Shown here: positions 37,089 through 50,239 of the stretch, in pieces
Position numbering within the stretch: position 1 is the first letter of the stretch
Layout of the letters: every line of letters begins with the position of its first letter
Origin: Styela clava
Taxonomy: Eukaryota
Length of the DNA: 64,000 nt
Assembly (NCBI RefSeq): GCF_964204865.1
Contig: NC_135262.1
Coordinates: 4,402,001-4,466,000, forward strand
Direction: 5' to 3'
The notes under the pieces: model-generated
What the model was told of the DNA's origin: nothing
Seen by the model: only the letters and a program-made list of their open reading frames with translations
The model's database searches: none
Position numbers and translations under genes: made by a program

Positions 37089-38738
37089 ATGGCTAAGGTT
37101 TCGGATAAAGAGTTTGATCTGGATATTGATGTAAATGAACACAATGCATTAATGATGGGAAAATTGCATAGTATGAAAAAAGATGGTCAACATTCCGACC
37201 TCGTCATCAAAGTAGGAAGTGAGGAGTTCCTGGTTCACAAGAACATGATGTCAGCGGGTTCTGATTATTTCGATGCGATGTTGTCACATGATAACTTGGA
37301 AACCAACACAGGAATTGTTCAAATGCAAGTTGTTGATGTGGAATCGGTAAAGATTTGCATTGATTACATTTACACTGGAAAAGCTTCAATTACTTTGGAA
37401 AAAAGTGAACAACTACTCCATGTTGCAACTTTGATGCAATTATCAGTACTTTGTGATAAGATAGCTGAGTTTCTCAAAGCAAAGTTGGATGTGAAATCAC
37501 TTCTCATCATCAAACAAATCGCTTCTATGTTTGAAATTCAAACATTAAAAACAGCATGTGATGATTTTGCATTGTCTAATATGGGAGCAATTTCACAGGA
37601 AGAATACTTCAATGAATTGGATGTAGAATTCATCTCCTTCATGGTTGGATCGAAAAATTTATCTTATTCTGAGGATTCTAAACTTGCTGTTCTTCTGCAG
37701 TGGATCAAAGGTGATATTGACCAACGAAGAAAACTTCTGGTTGAAATGATAAATCTGATAAACCTGAATAATGTTTCTTATCGATATGCAACATTCTTAG
37801 TGGAAAATGAAAGCCTGTGTGTTGAATTACCTGTAATCTTAAAATTATTGTTTCTCAAAATGGCTGAGAAGTCTGGTGTTAAAGGAGCATCTGCAGAAAT
37901 TCCCACCAATGCACCTGAATTCAATGCATTTGCAGTTTTTGACAAGACTTCGAGAAAAATCAAAACATTCCGGCCAGAAAAAAAAGAATGGCAGGATCTA
38001 AAAAAACTGCATGATGGTATGGTAAATAGCTATTACACTGCAGTCATGGTGAAGGATTTCATCTATGTTTTTATGGAGAATCGTTCAGTATATCGTATTA
38101 ATATTTCTGGACCAGATTCAACTTGGAATAAAATAGCTGATTACCAATTTGAACATGGCCAGTTTTTGCGAGCAGAATTTTGTAATGAATTCATTTATCT
38201 TTTCGGCATGAAAACATTAGAGGGGTATGATATCAGCAAAAATGTGTGGGGCCTGGTAAAAACAGAAAAAATGACACTATTCAACTGTACATTAGCTGGA
38301 TTCCAGCAATCAATTTACATACTAGGAGGTTCTAATAATGGTAGTTTATCATCAGTGAATCGATATTCACTGCCATCCACTTGGTCTTCATGCAAAGCCA
38401 TGAATGTTCCTCGGGAGCTTCCTGCTGCTACAGTTAATGGGAATCGAATATTTGTGGCAGGCGGATTTAATAATATCTACGGGTCATTATCTAGTTCAGA
38501 GTTTTATGATCTACAAACAGACTGTTGGACAAATTTAGCCTCAATGACAGTTCCTCGGTGTTATTTTCGCCTTTGCACTGTTGGTAATGAATTATTTGCA
38601 ATTGGGGGTGAAAAAGGCCGGTCAAAATCGGTTGAGAAATACAATTTTGAGTCAAGTCATTGGGAGAATCTTATAAATTTTCCAGAAAATATGAATATTG
38701 CTCCACTTGCCAGTCTGGCATATAAACTTCCACCATAG
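37089..38738 (+). CDS. BTB-BACK-Kelch protein K2
   Basis: Intact paralog of K1. Confidence 0.95.
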   Translation: MAKVSDKEFDLDIDVNEHNALMMGKLHSMKKDGQHSDLVIKVGSEEFLVHKNMMSAGSDYFDAMLSHDNLETNTGIVQMQVVDVESVKICIDYIYTGKASITLEKSEQLLHVATLMQLSVLCDKIAEFLKAKLDVKSLLIIKQIASMFEIQTLKTACDDFALSNMGAISQEEYFNELDVEFISFMVGSKNLSYSEDSKLAVLLQWIKGDIDQRRKLLVEMINLINLNNVSYRYATFLVENESLCVELPVILKLLFLKMAEKSGVKGASAEIPTNAPEFNAFAVFDKTSRKIKTFRPEKKEWQDLKKLHDGMVNSYYTAVMVKDFIYVFMENRSVYRINISGPDSTWNKIADYQFEHGQFLRAEFCNEFIYLFGMKTLEGYDISKNVWGLVKTEKMTLFNCTLAGFQQSIYILGGSNNGSLSSVNRYSLPSTWSSCKAMNVPRELPAATVNGNRIFVAGGFNNIYGSLSSSEFYDLQTDCWTNLASMTVPRCYFRLCTVGNELFAIGGEKGRSKSVEKYNFESSHWENLINFPENMNIAPLASLAYKLPP

Positions 38739-38739
38739 T

Positions 38740-40446
38740 CAGTGGCGCAGCCAGGGGGGGGTTTCGGGGTCGAAACCCCCCCCCCCCCCCCCCCCTTTGA
38801 ATTTTCCGAAAAGTGAAAAAGTTGCCGATAACACGCGCAATTGCCTTCTGCTGAAATCGCCGTTCGTTTTCATCAACGCGGCATTTTATTTATTCCGTGA
38901 ACGCCCTTTACATTGGTGTTTATTCTCTTTAAATCACAAATTTGTGCTGCGGGAACAATGGAACTATTTTATTTTTGTACCCGCACGGAAATGTGAAAAC
39001 TGAAAAAGCGTGCAATTGCCTTCTGCTAAAATCGCCCATGTTTTCATCAGCGTGTTATTTGGGCCGTAAACGCCCTTACGTCGGTTTTTATTCTATCTAA
39101 ATCATAAATCTGTGCCACGATAAACATGATAATTATTTTATTTTTGTACTTTGCACGGAATTGTGAATTCGTGAGTTATTATACGTTCATCGGTGGCGAG
39201 GTTCTAAAGACAAAAGAAGGAGTAAAACCGCGATCTAAATTTGATTGAAATTATAAAGTACTGAAAATAAAACCGTAAACAATATAAGTTTTGTTGAGTC
39301 CCGCGACAGTCTAAAAACGCTTTTCTAGTCGCAAAATCGCAAAATTTCTTGTGCCTATGGCGCACATTATGTTTGGTCACCGTTTAGGAACATACCGTCA
39401 CTAAAATCGAAACACGGTTAATTGTGGGTGGGATTTGCCTTTTATCCATTACTTTAAAATTGTCGTAGAAAATTTTCGTGTTATCATTAAACAAGGTTGA
39501 AAACGTGATTTTTTTCCCGGTTTGTGATGATATATAAGATAATTAATCCGAAGTATATTCATCAATTTTTATTGTACTAAAATAAATTTTACTCCGTGAG
39601 AATTCACAGCAGATTTAGGGATTTTTCAGGAGGTTTTATCTTTAAAAATAATCGGAGTGTCAGCATTGCGATTGAACGGAGTCAATGTTACAAGCACATC
39701 TCAAATTTGTCGAATTTGCAGAATAGAAAAAATACGGATCAAAACAATATATGATAGGCGACGGGCAGTTACCACAAATTTTTATTTTTATGTCGGCAAA
39801 TGGCCGAGGTATTTTAAAATTGTGAATTGTAAAAAATTGTTTTGTTTTGTCGACGCAAACGCTGGTTAAATTGAAGACAATTAAATTAATAAAGCAAGAC
39901 ATTTTAAATATGCCCTTATCGGTCACGAATTGATTACTTTGCACAACAGAAAAATCATTTTTCGTTGTAAACGTCAGCTCTTTTAACAAGTGGCGTAATC
40001 GCGGCGATGAATATGTATTTTTGATTTAACCATATACTTCATACGCATTTTCATTGTGCGAAATAAAATTGTACTTTTCGGGATTTTATACCAGTTATTG
40101 AGATTTTTCTAACGGCCGTAACGAGTTGGCAAGATTCCAAAAATACGTATTAAAATTAAATACACCGTTTATCCTCATATTTTACTTATTTCAGAGAACT
40201 AATGTTTTAGTTTTGACGTAAGAAGAAGCAACCGCGAGTTACGTTGGACACAATTAAACTAATATATAAAGACATTTTAGAATTTTGTAGTTGTCAGAGA
40301 TTGAATATTTCACGCGACAAGAATAATCATTATACGCTGAAAAGACGTCCCTTTAACGAGCGCGTAATTCGAAGACTGTTACAGACCGCAATGGGAAGTT
40401 ATGATTATGAAACCCCCCCCTTTTGAAAATCCTGGCTGCGCGCCTG
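38740..40446. mobile_element. Non-autonomous hAT element at the K2 stop codon
   Basis: TIRs CAGTGGCGCAGCCAGG / CCTGGCTGCGCGCCTG. Perfect 8-bp TSD ACCATAGT. Confidence 0.93.
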
Positions 40447-41678
40447 ACCATAGTCAATGCTATATTTATATCATAAGCATTAAGAATATATGAAACAGGC
40501 CACTATGAGTTCCACTTGATTTTTAAGCGTTTCAATTTGATTAAATTATCTATTTTGATAATATACATAGACAATGAATGATTATTATAGGGCAATTTTC
40601 TGTATTTGAGCCGAATTTTATTGATATGCTAGTTTGAAAAACTCAAACAAGATAAATCATGTATTAATATGTAGTTTTACTCTATAGTCTTCATATCTAT
40701 GTGTAGTTCTATACGCTGTATCGTTTAAATTTGGTTTGTTCCATGAATTTTATTTTTTATTCAAAACATAACTTGATGGTGTGGAACTGGCCACTGTTCT
40801 ATATTCTCTTTGCTGACTGAATAGCTGAAGGAAGAGTTCTATGAAAAATTCACCGAGGTTTAATTTTAGAATGAAACTTCTTATCTTTTAAGATTTGTTT
40901 GTGGCTGAACTCAGAGGGATATGTACTGATTAATTTCTACTAGTATAAATATTGTTCGTTTTTTATTTATTGCAATTATTTTATATATTTTGCAGCTTAT
41001 TCGTATTTGGCCAAGTTTCTATTAATCTCAATCTATGTGAGGAATTTAGGTCTCAGTGCTAGTAAACCATATCCTATAATTGTTACCTTTAGTATTTATA
41101 TTTTTCTTTAGCGTAGTGTTGGGTGCAAAAGCTTAATTTGGCAGTGAGGAGGGACATTACGTCCATAATAGTTGGAGAAAATCATCTCACAATATATAAC
41201 ATTGTTCTGTGTAAAATTGTGAGAACTTGTGTTCGAACTGAGTTAGCATCAGATATTAATATCTTAGATACAAACCCCATGGCCACCTCACCGAGTACGA
41301 CTTGTATATCACAACCTAGATGATGTAACTTTCTTTTGTTAACTCATATATACTTTGCTTTCCTATATTCTTCATTTGATAATACTCATGCCTGGCTATA
41401 TTGATCAATCAGACATGTCTTGTAGCATTGAGCAAGCACTGTTATTGGCAAAAAATTTGTAGTCACCAACAGAATTTGTTATTGTGCATCCCCAGTGCAT
41501 TCTCAAAGGAAATTTTTATAATTTTATATAATTGATTTAAGAAATTGCGGTAGGTAATCAGAAATTTCTTCAAATATACTGTATAAAATACTATGCATGG
41601 AACATTTTACTGCATTTAATAACTTGTTGTATTATATTTAGTTTTAAATCTAGTGAGTTGTCTAAATATTTGATTATA

Positions 41679-41803
41679 ATGGAATTTGACTCTGGTATTA
41701 ATGAAAATGAACACAAAAACATAATGATGACGAAATTTGATGATTTGAGAAAGAAGAATACCATTCTGATCTCACAATCAAAGTATGAAGCAGAGAGTTA
41801 CTG
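41679..41803 (+). pseudogene. Truncated BTB-Kelch 5' fragment
   Basis: MEFDSGINENEHKNIMMTKFDDLRKK, then frameshifted. Confidence 0.8.
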
Positions 41804-42030
41804 CAAAGTTTTCAATCTCAAATTTTGGGTTTCTCTGAAATAGAGTCAGAATTTTCGCCAGCATGGAAATGTATTCGAAGTCACAATCTTTGTTAACCCA
41901 AATTGGATTTGCAAAATCAATAGGTGTTTGGAAGTGGAGTCAGTTGAAAGTTTTCCAGGACCACATAACTCTTCTAGTCCTATCAATAAATATCTAGAAT
42001 GAATATTTAACAATTATCATTCTTTCTCAA

Positions 42031-42505
42031 GTAAATGTTTTTAGATCTTGACCGAATATCTGAATACTATCGCGTTCCGTTCCAACTTCTGAAAAACACA
42101 GAGGAGGATTTCTTTGCGAAAGGTTCGGTTAAAGCTCAGCGTTTGTTGACTTTTGTACAGGAGGAATCACCGGAACATTTAAACGGAATTTCAGATGAGA
42201 TTTACAAAAGAATCTGGGTTGATAATGTTGACATTTCTGAATATAGAAGTTTACAAGAAGCGTGTGAAGCAGCTGGATTGTCCTCCATAGAATCTTCCAA
42301 TGCTTTGGATGGAATAAATCATCAATCTGTTAAGGAAGGGCTGAAGAAAGCTACTTCATATGCTATTGAGTGCAGAGTGTTTGGCACTCCTACCTATATT
42401 TTACACAAAAATGGAATATGGGACATGTTATTTGGTACTGATAGAATCTTCCTTCTTGCTCATTATTTGAATGAGCCTTGGCCGGTGTTCCCAAATGATG
42501 AGTAA
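42031..42505 (+). pseudogene. GST-kappa exon-2 duplicate 3
   Basis: Acceptor CAG changed to CAA and first codon TAC changed to TAA. The 156-aa frame from the internal ATG is still open but lacks the catalytic N-terminus. Confidence 0.8.
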
Positions 42506-44283
42506 TGACAGAAAATAACTGATTCCTCCATCAAGTCTATTGATAAATATGCATGAGGGGCCTTCTATAAAATAAATAAGCAATCAGTTAATATTGTGCA
42601 CAACTCAATGTTGACGTAGCTACATAAAAATAAAGCTGCCCAAAATCAAACAATTTCCCCTTCTTCTATACGATTATCCACATGACAAACTACAAATGTC
42701 TTTTGTCACCTCTTTACCAATTAGCTCTGCCTCTGTTTTGATAGTTGTAAAACACAATATCTCATTATTACTGTTGTTTAAATATACAACTCTTGTTGGA
42801 GGTGCCTGAACCACGACCAGTTTTTAGATCTGACCTATTGAAGATTTATATGCTTCTTGGATTATATTATTTTGACTTTCTAGCACACCTTTAGACTGCA
42901 CCAAGTGGTGGCTGTAAGCTTGTAACCTCATGTTTTCATAAAAATTTGTATAAAATGTTAAAATTTTGATTGGGGTAATTTTTAAATTGTTCATTTTACA
43001 TTGCCACAAAATATCATCAGAAATTTGATTGTGGTGATAGTGGCCGTTACATCTCGATAAATATTTTTATCCAAGTTTCATTTGTCGGGTAGTATAATCA
43101 TGTTTTTGTGGTCATTTGTTCGGAACAAGGCTTTGGTTAAAGTATCGCACAGATATATACCGTACATGTATATGTTGAACAAATGAATCAGTGTTGTTAT
43201 AATAGAAGAGGTTCCTTGATATTGACTTATTACACGAGGAACTTCCGTGCAATTGGTTATTTTCATTATCATAAAATATGCCAATCAAATGTGAAACAAC
43301 AATTTGACGCAGAACAACTGAAGTCACTCTACATTAGTGAATCACATTTATTATATGATAATATTATACCTTATATCTGTGATCTGTGTATTTGATTATG
43401 TTTGAACAATATGCAACTAGGAATTTTGCCATTTCGATTGGAATAGGGACATGCGGAACCCCTGGACTTACTGGGGGAACCTAGGTGGAAATCACTGTTT
43501 TAGATTAATGTTACAGATATGGGTAATGAACCACCTTGCACTTGTAAAGTATCAAGCGATCCTGTCTCTCATAATAGTCTTCTAAGAGATTCTAACTTGC
43601 GAACCTGCAGGTTTCCAGCAGTGCAATGGCCAGTTTGTTCCAAACTTACCTCTTAGTAGGGCTGTCCAAGTGAACCGAATATTCGAAATCAAATTGCATA
43701 TTATTCAAATCGTTTTAAGACTAATTTTAGGAATCGTTAAAGTAGGTAGGCTACATTAAGCGGAAAAAGCCTATTGACTACTTTTGCACAGCGTTTTTTA
43801 CCTGGCAAGTGGCGGCGCAGCGTGCAGCAGAGGTTTCCAGTTATTTCTTTCTCCCTCATTTTGTGTTGGAAAAGAATGCCCGTGGCATGACATTAGCTAT
43901 TTCATGCGTGGTCATAACTGAAAAGTTATTATCGGTTCGATATTAAAAACATCACAAAAATATTCGAAATTCGTTCGAATTGGAAAAAAAATTCGTCCCT
44001 ATTAGCAAGTCAATTCAATTATATCATATTTTATATACATACAAGACATTACATAAATGCCTCTTGTCTACCCACAATTAGTGGAACCTTAATTCTGAAT
44101 TCTGCTTCAATTAAAATCAAAATTTTTATGAAATGATGTAAATAAAAATTCCTGACAATTATCAATATAAGCCTAACCTGTTGAATTCCAGTAATATTTT
44201 TTAACCAATTGCTGAACTTCTCCAGGTTGCATCACTTACATGGTCATTTTTTGTGAATATAAGTTAGATACAGTAATAACTTG

Positions 44284-45930
44284 ATGATGGCAAAGGTTTC
44301 GGATAATGAGTTTGATTTGGATATTGATGTAAATGAACACAATGCATTAATGATGGGAAAATTGCATAGTATGAAAAAAGATGGACAACATTCTGACCTC
44401 GTCATCAAAGTAGGAAGTGAGGAGTTCCTGGTTCACAAGAGCATGATGTCAGCGGGTTCTGATTATTTCGATGCGATGTTGTCACATGATAACTTGGAAA
44501 CCAACACAGGAATTGTTCAAATGCAAGTTGTTGATGTGGAATCGGTAAAGATTTGCATTGATTACATTTACACTGGAAAAGCTTCAATTACTTTGGAAAA
44601 AAGTGAACAACTACTCCATGTTGCAACTTTGATGCAGTTATCAGTACTTTGTGATAAGATAGCCGAGTTTCTCAAAGCTAAGTTGGACGTGAAAACACTT
44701 CCCTTTATCAAACAAATTGCATCTATGTTTGAAATTCAAACATTAATAACAGCTTGTGATGATTTTACATTGTCTAATATGGGAGCAATTTCTCAGAAAG
44801 AATACTTCAATGAATTGGATGTGGAATTCATCTCCTTCATGGTTGGATCAAAAAATTCAGCTTATTCTGAAGATTCCAAACTTGCTGTTCTTCTGCAGTG
44901 GATCAAAGCTGATATTGGCACTCGAAGGAAACTTCTGGTTGAAATGATAAATTTGATAAACCTGAACAATGTTACTTATCAATATGCAACATTCTTGGTG
45001 GGAAATGAGAGCCTGTGTTCTGAATCACCTGTGATTTTGAAATTATTGTTTCTCAAAATGGCTGAGTTGTCTGGTATTGAAGAAGCATCTGCAGAAATAC
45101 CCGCTTGTGCATCTGGATTCAATGCTTTTGCTGTTTTTGACAAGACTTTGAGAAAAATCAAAACATTTGAGCCGAGGAAAAATGAATGGCAGGATCTAAA
45201 AAATCTGCATGATGGTATGGTAGACGAAGATTATACTGCAGTCATGGTGAAGAATTTCATATATGTTTTCATGAAAAATGGTTCAGTATATCGTATTTCT
45301 ATTTCTGAGCAAAATGCAACTTGGAATGAAATGTCTGATCATCAGTGTCACCATGGCAAATATTTACGAGCAGCAGTTTGCGACGGATTCATTTATCTGT
45401 GTGACAAGAAAACATTGGAGAAATACGATATCATCAAAAATGTATGGAGTGTGGTCAAAAGTGAAAAGATTATATTACACAATTGTACTTTAGTTCGACT
45501 CCAGGAATCACTTTATGTATTGGGAGGTTATTTAAATGGTAGTTTATCATCAGTGAATCGATATTCATTATCCTCTTGGTCTTCAGTCAAAGCAATGAAT
45601 GTTCCTCGACAGGTTCCTGCTGCTACCGTTTATAGAAATCGAATATATGTTGCAGGGGGTTGGAAAAATGGAGAAATTTCGAGTTCAGAGTTTTATAATT
45701 CGCAAACAGACTGTTGGACAAATTTAGCCTCGATGACTGTTCCTCGGTATGGTTTTTGCCTTTGCATCGTTGGCAATGGAATATTTGCAATAGGAGGTAT
45801 CTGTAATAAAGGATCAAAATCAGTTGAGAAATACAATTTTGAATCAAGGCGTTGGGAGCATCTTTTGAATTTTCCAGAAAATATGAATATTATTCCACTT
45901 GCCAGTCTGGCATATAAACTTCCCTGTTAG
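44284..45930 (+). CDS. BTB-BACK-Kelch protein K3
   Basis: Intact paralog. Confidence 0.95.
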   Translation: MMAKVSDNEFDLDIDVNEHNALMMGKLHSMKKDGQHSDLVIKVGSEEFLVHKSMMSAGSDYFDAMLSHDNLETNTGIVQMQVVDVESVKICIDYIYTGKASITLEKSEQLLHVATLMQLSVLCDKIAEFLKAKLDVKTLPFIKQIASMFEIQTLITACDDFTLSNMGAISQKEYFNELDVEFISFMVGSKNSAYSEDSKLAVLLQWIKADIGTRRKLLVEMINLINLNNVTYQYATFLVGNESLCSESPVILKLLFLKMAELSGIEEASAEIPACASGFNAFAVFDKTLRKIKTFEPRKNEWQDLKNLHDGMVDEDYTAVMVKNFIYVFMKNGSVYRISISEQNATWNEMSDHQCHHGKYLRAAVCDGFIYLCDKKTLEKYDIIKNVWSVVKSEKIILHNCTLVRLQESLYVLGGYLNGSLSSVNRYSLSSWSSVKAMNVPRQVPAATVYRNRIYVAGGWKNGEISSSEFYNSQTDCWTNLASMTVPRYGFCLCIVGNGIFAIGGICNKGSKSVEKYNFESRRWEHLLNFPENMNIIPLASLAYKLPC

Positions 45931-47154
45931 GTTAATGCTATATTTATTGCATCAGCATTAAGGATATATGAAACAGGCCACTATGAGTTCCACTTGATTT
46001 TTAAGCGTTCCAATTTGATTAAATTATCTATTTTGATAATATAATGAATTATTATTATAGGACAATGTTAATTTAGCCAAATTTTATTGATATGATCTAT
46101 CTTATTGTTATGTTCGAGAAACTGAAACAAGTTAAATCATGTATCAATACATAGTTTTATTCTATATTCTTTATATCTAAGTGTAGCTCGATATGCTGTA
46201 TAATTTAAATTTGATTTCTTCATAAATTTCATTTTTATACAAAACATAACTTGATTGTGTGGAACTGTCCACTGCTTTTTTATACTTTTTTTTTAAAGAC
46301 AAGGCCTTTGAAGATTTTAATGTAAGGAAAAGGCTTCTATCCCTTATGAGTCTTGCTTGCGGCTAAATTTAAATGCTATATGCACTGATTTACAGTTTAT
46401 TATTACAAATATTGTACTATGTTTTTCATTTATTATATTTATCTTTACATATTTTTCAGCTATGTTTTTCCCTTTTATAGGGAGATTTTTGGTTTCAATG
46501 CAAGTAAACTATATCCTATAATTATTACCTTTTGTATTTGTATTTTCCTTTATCTTGCTTCTTTATCTTTAGCGTAGTGTTGGGTGCAAAAGCTTAATTT
46601 GGGATTGAGATGAGACATTACACCCATCATAATTAGAGAAAATCACTTGACTATGTAATCTATTATGTAACAGTGGTCACTTGATTTTCTTATTGTTCTG
46701 TATAACATTGTTAGTACATATGATCGAACTATGTTAGCATCACAGTTCAACATCTTGGATTCAAACCCCATGCCCACCCCCTTACCTATTAAGACTGGTA
46801 TATCACAATTAGATGATGTAACTTTCATTCGTCAGCCCATATATATTTCGCTTTCTCATATTTTTCATTTAATAATACTCATACTTGGCCAAATCGTTGA
46901 ATCAGACCTGTGTTGTAGCATTGAGCAATGGCGCTGTCAATGGCAATGAAATTTGTATTTACCAACAGAATTTGTTATTGTGCATCACAAAACGAGATTT
47001 TTATAATAATTGTGTTGAAAAGTTGGAATAAAAATTAATCAGCAATTTCTTTGAATATATTGTATACTATACATGGAACATTTCACTGCATTTAAAACCT
47101 TGTTGTATTATATTTGATTTTAAATCTAGTGAGTTGTCTCAATATTTGATTATA

Positions 47155-47280
47155 ATGGAATTTGATCTTGGTATTGATGAGAATGAACACAAGAAGATAA
47201 TGATGAAGAAACTTGATGATCTATGAAAGGGGAAATGTAATTCTGATCTCACAATCAAGGTAGGAAATGAAAAGTTCCTG
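47155..47280 (+). pseudogene. Truncated BTB-Kelch 5' fragment
   Basis: MEFDLGIDENEHKKIMMKKLDDL*...SDLTIKVGNEKFL. Confidence 0.8.
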
Positions 47281-47513
47281 TGAAGTTTTTAATCTCAAAC
47301 TTTGGGTTTTCTCTGAGATAGATTCAGAATTTTCTCCAGCATGGAGTCTGTATTTGGAGTCGAATCTTTTGTTTACCTGAATTGGAGTTATATTTAAACT
47401 CGCTAGGAGTTGAGAAGTTTAGTCAGTTGAAAGTTTTTCAGGACCACATAACTCTTCTAATCCTATCAATAAACATCTGGAATGAATAATTAACAATCAT
47501 CATTCGTTCTCAG

Positions 47514-47980
47514 GTACCGGTACATGTTTGAAGATCTTGATCGAATATCTGATATCTCGCGTTGCGTTCAAACTTCCGAAAACATAGAAAAGGATTTTTT
47601 GCAAAATTGTGGATAAAGCTCAGCGTCTGTTGACGTATGTACAGAAGGAATCACCTGAACATTTGAACGGAATTTCAGATGAGATTTTCAAAAGAATCTG
47701 GGTGGACATTTCTGAAAATAAAAGCTTACAAGAAATGTGTGAAGCAGCTGGTCTGTCTTCCACAGAATCTTCCAATGCTTTGGATGGAATAAATCATCAA
47801 TCTGTCAAGGAAGGGCTGAAGAAAGCTACTTCATATGCTATTGAGTGCGGGGTGTTTGGCACTCCTACCTATATTTTACACGGGAATGGTAAGAAGGACA
47901 TGTTATTTGGTACTGATAGAATCTTTTTTCTTGCTCATTATTTGAATGAGCCTTGGCCAGTGTTCCCAAATGATGAATAA
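47514..47980 (+). pseudogene. GST-kappa exon-2 duplicate 4
   Basis: Acceptor intact, but indels give an in-frame TAA at about 47614. There is also a 9-bp deletion. Confidence 0.9.
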
Positions 47981-48041
47981 TGACAGAAAAGAACTGATTC
48001 CTCCATCAAGTCTATTGATAAATATGAATGAGGGGCCTGAG

Positions 48042-48344
48042 CAGTGGTTGGCAACCCTTTTTCAGTGGTGGACCGGTAACATCTGACCAAAATTTTGGCG
48101 GACCACCTTCATACAAATTACAGACAAACTTATCTAATGTGATAATTTATACGCGCTAGGAAAGTTGACATTACATTCAAAAACAAAGTAGTTTTTGTAG
48201 TTGTCAATTTTAAAAATCTGACCACACATACTGGTAACAATGCTATTAGGGCATTGTACGTTTTTTGTGTCACCTTTCTGCGGGCCGGTAGTACTCTTTC
48301 CGTGGACCGGCGATGGGCCGCGGCCCGGTGGTTGCCGACCACTG
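48042..48344. mobile_element. Duplicate of the 28409-28711 MITE at the same site
   Basis: Near-identical sequence and flanks. Confidence 0.88.
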
Positions 48345-50239
48345 TTCTATAGTATAAGTAGGCATTCGGTTAATATTGTGCATAGCCTATTGCTGACGTA
48401 GCTACATAAAAATACAGATTGGAAATCTTCTTGAAAATAAACTATTTTCTAATCTTCGATTCGATTGGCGGTTCTATTATCCACACAACAAACTACGGAT
48501 ATCTCCTGTCACCCCTTTAACAATTAGCTCTGAATTCATTGTTTGCAACACAGTATCTCATTATTGCTGTTATTTAAATGTATAACAGTCTTGTTCGGTG
48601 TGCCTACCATGTGATCTATTGCAGATTCATGCCGTGTTTCACTGTAATATAAGACCTAGCCTGAAATTTTGAATTCTTATTAAAAGTCGATAGCGCGAAC
48701 TTTTTTGACCTAAGCGATAGCAAGAAATCTTTTCTACACAATTTAAATGAACAATCCAAAACGTGTGAGAGGGGGAAAAGGACCTGAGTAATCTATGTTC
48801 AGCATTTTTTTGCTAACAAAAACGTGTTATCGGTTTTCATATTTTGTATATTTGAAAATTTCTTAATTCTCTTCTTTGTAATTTTGTTTTTATTAAATAA
48901 AAGACATTCTCCAAAAATAAGCCGTTGTATTATGGGAAAATTGGAATAAAACCCTGTCTTATTTTCAGGGAAACACGATATGCTTCTTGTATTATAATAT
49001 TTTGACTTTGTAGCACAACCTTTTTGTGCACTAATGTTCTCATGAAAATTTCTTTAAAATGTTAAAATTTTAATTGGGGCAATTTTGTATTATTATTCAT
49101 TTTATATTGCTTTCATATCATGTAAGATTATTGCATGCTTTGTCAGTGGCCGCTACATTTTGATAAATATTTTAAATCAAGTTTCATTCCAAGCGAAATT
49201 CCAATCAAACAGGTTCGAAAAACCCCAGTTCAATTGATTTTATTTATTATCATAAAAGATGCCAATCGAAAAATGTGTAATAACAATTTGACGCGAAACA
49301 CTCGAAGATCACTCAACATTATTGAAATACACTTATTGTATGATTATATTATACCTGTGACCTTTGAATTTGTTATATTTAAACTATATCCATGTAAAAA
49401 TATTGACAACCCCGGGACTGGGAACCTTATTTCAAATTCACTGTTCTTAATCAATGTCAAAGATATGGGCAATGAACCACTTTGCACCTGCAAAGTATCC
49501 AGTGATCCTGTCTCTCATGATCAACTTTCAAGAGATTCTAATCTGCGAACATGCAGGTTTTCAGCAGTGCAATGGCATGCTTGTTCCAAACTTACCTATT
49601 GGTATGGCTGTCCAAGCGAACCGAATATTCAAAATCGAATCAAATCGCATAATATTCAAATTGTTTCAAGACTAATTTGCGAATCTTTAAAATAGGTACA
49701 TGAAGCGGAAAAACCTATTGACTACTTTTGCAGCGTTTTTCACCGGGCAAGTGGCATCGCAGCGTTCTTAGAGGACTCTCGCCCTTCTGCATTACTGGTT
49801 TTCTGATATTTCTCTCTCCTTAATTTGTGTGAAAAAAGAATGCCCGATGGCATGTCATTAGCAATTTGGTCATGCATGGTCATAACTGAAAAGTTATTAT
49901 CGGCTTGATATTAAAAACATCACAAAAATATTCGATTCCAATCAAAAAAATATTCGATCTTGGACAGCCCTCGCTATTAACCAGTCAATTTAATTATATT
50001 TTATAAACATGCAATACTTTACATGCCCCTTGTATACCCACAATTAGTGGAACCTTAATTCTGAAGCATGTAGCCTCAATTAAAATCAAAATTTTTATGA
50101 AATGATGTAAATAAAAATTCCTAACAATTATCAATATAAGCCTATTGAATTCCAGTAATATTTTTTAACCAATTGCTAAACTTCTCCAGGTTGCATGGTC
50201 ATATTTTTTGTGAATATTATTTAGAGTAATAACTTGACG

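Noticed and set aside
39657-40426. ORFs within the hAT insertion
   Set aside because: Short, with no transposase or other recognisable motifs.
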